A stretch of 64,000 bases of DNA from Octopus bimaculoides (lineage: Eukaryota), in NCBI RefSeq assembly GCF_001194135.2, contig NC_068986.1, positions 3,327,651-3,391,650 of the forward strand, written 5' to 3'. Both the position numbers and the translations under genes were made by a program. Below, piece after piece: positions 63,097 to 64,000 of this stretch. The first letter of the stretch is position 1. Each line of letters begins with the position of its first letter. The notes beneath the pieces are model-generated. The model saw nothing but the letters and a program-made list of their open reading frames with translations, searched no databases and had not been told where the DNA came from.

Positions 63097-63593
63097 CCTA
63101 AAACAGTGGTTCTCAACCGGGGGCCATATGACCCTGAAGGGTCCACATAAGATTTTGTTGTTAAAATTTATGGCAGAGACGTTAAGACGCCGGGTGAAAT
63201 GCTCGGCGGTATTTCGTCTGTCTTTATGTTCTGAGTTCAATTTCCGCCGAGGTCGACTTTGCCTTTCGGAGTCGATAAATCGTACTGAGATCGATCAAAT
63301 CGATTGTCCTCCTCCTCCCCGAATATTTCGGGCCTTATGCCTAGAGTAGTAAAGAATAGAGCGATTATACTTCTACAATACACAAAATTTTTTAAACAAT
63401 TTTCTCATTAGGGACAAAACACGTCTCCCACTCCAGGAACCGAGTTCACAACATTTATGAGCTAAAGACAAGTGACCTAACCGCAATTCCGTGCACTCTT
63501 CCCAACTAAAAGTAAAATTTCATTTGACTGAGAATTTTCTATCAGGATACAACATTCTATACATCACCATCACACTCTCATTTATCATTCTTT

Positions 63594-64000
63594 GTGGCTG
63601 TGTGGTAAGTAGCTTGGCTACCAACCACATAGTTCTGGGTTCAGTCCCACTGCGTGGCACCTTAGGCAAGTCTCTTCTATTATAGCCTCGGGCCGACCAA
63701 AGCCTTGTGAGTGGATTTGGTAGACGGAAACTGAAAGAAGCTCGTTGTATATATATGTATATATATATATATGTGTGTGTATGTGTGTTTGTGTGTCTGT
63801 GTTTGTCCCCCCAACATCGTTCGACAACCGATGCGGGTGTTTTAGGTCCCCGCAACTTAGCGGTTTGGCAAAAGAGACCGATAGAATAAATACTAGGCTT
63901 ACAAAGAATAAGTCCTGGGGTCGATTTGCTCAACTAAAGGCGGTGCTCCAGCATGGCCGCAATCAAATGACTGAAACAAGTAAAAGAGTAAAAGAGAGAG
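63594..64000 (+). mobile_element. tRNA-derived SINE family A, near full length
   Basis: A-box-like TGGCTGTGTGG, B-box-like GGTTCAGTCCC, internal (TA)/(TG) microsatellite, (AAGAGTA)-type tail. Many other copies, e.g. 15600-15738, 26415-26560, 31225-31560, 33040-33185, 36205-36330, 41850-42050, 42525-42634, 45150-45305, 59560-59660 and 61420-61590. Confidence 0.88.

Noticed and set aside
63520-63933. 137-aa ORF, plus similar ORFs at 48339-48644, 56265-56693 and 61149-61464
   Set aside because: Antisense readings of SINEs, MITEs and microsatellites.
50000-64000. Head-to-head DUOXA maturation-factor gene, as in vertebrates
   Set aside because: No DUOXA-like exon recognised on the plus strand; the region is mostly repeats and gaps. 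Short exons or exons in gaps cannot be excluded.

Overview
Eukaryotic, AT-rich, repeat-dense draft scaffold with 11 N-gaps. The repeat families resemble those of octopus genomes (inference from sequence style, not a database hit). The window holds one protein-coding gene: a minus-strand dual oxidase (DUOX). I reconstructed it by hand as 27 exons (CDS 49812 down to 1). All have GT-AG ends and matching phases, giving 3507 nt / 1169 aa with no stop: signal peptide, peroxidase-homology domain, TM helix, EF-hand region and the start of the ferric-reductase TM domain. The FAD/NADPH domains lie beyond position 1. The ORF is intact but deviates at functional sites: His->Tyr at the conserved O2-site histidine (NOX2 H119 equivalent), a degenerate EF-hand 1 loop, and a His-rich segment replacing the peroxidase GDxRxNE motif. 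Introns and upstream DNA contain tRNA-derived SINEs, RTE-like elements with (GAT)n tails, MITEs with clear TSDs, decayed mariner and hAT transposases, a probable solo LTR, Penelope-like repeats with decayed hammerhead motifs, several foldbacks and microsatellites. SINE copies are CpG-decayed inside the gene body and CpG-rich beyond about 37-40 kb. No CRISPR, rRNA or prokaryotic system is supported. Functional claims are hypotheses.
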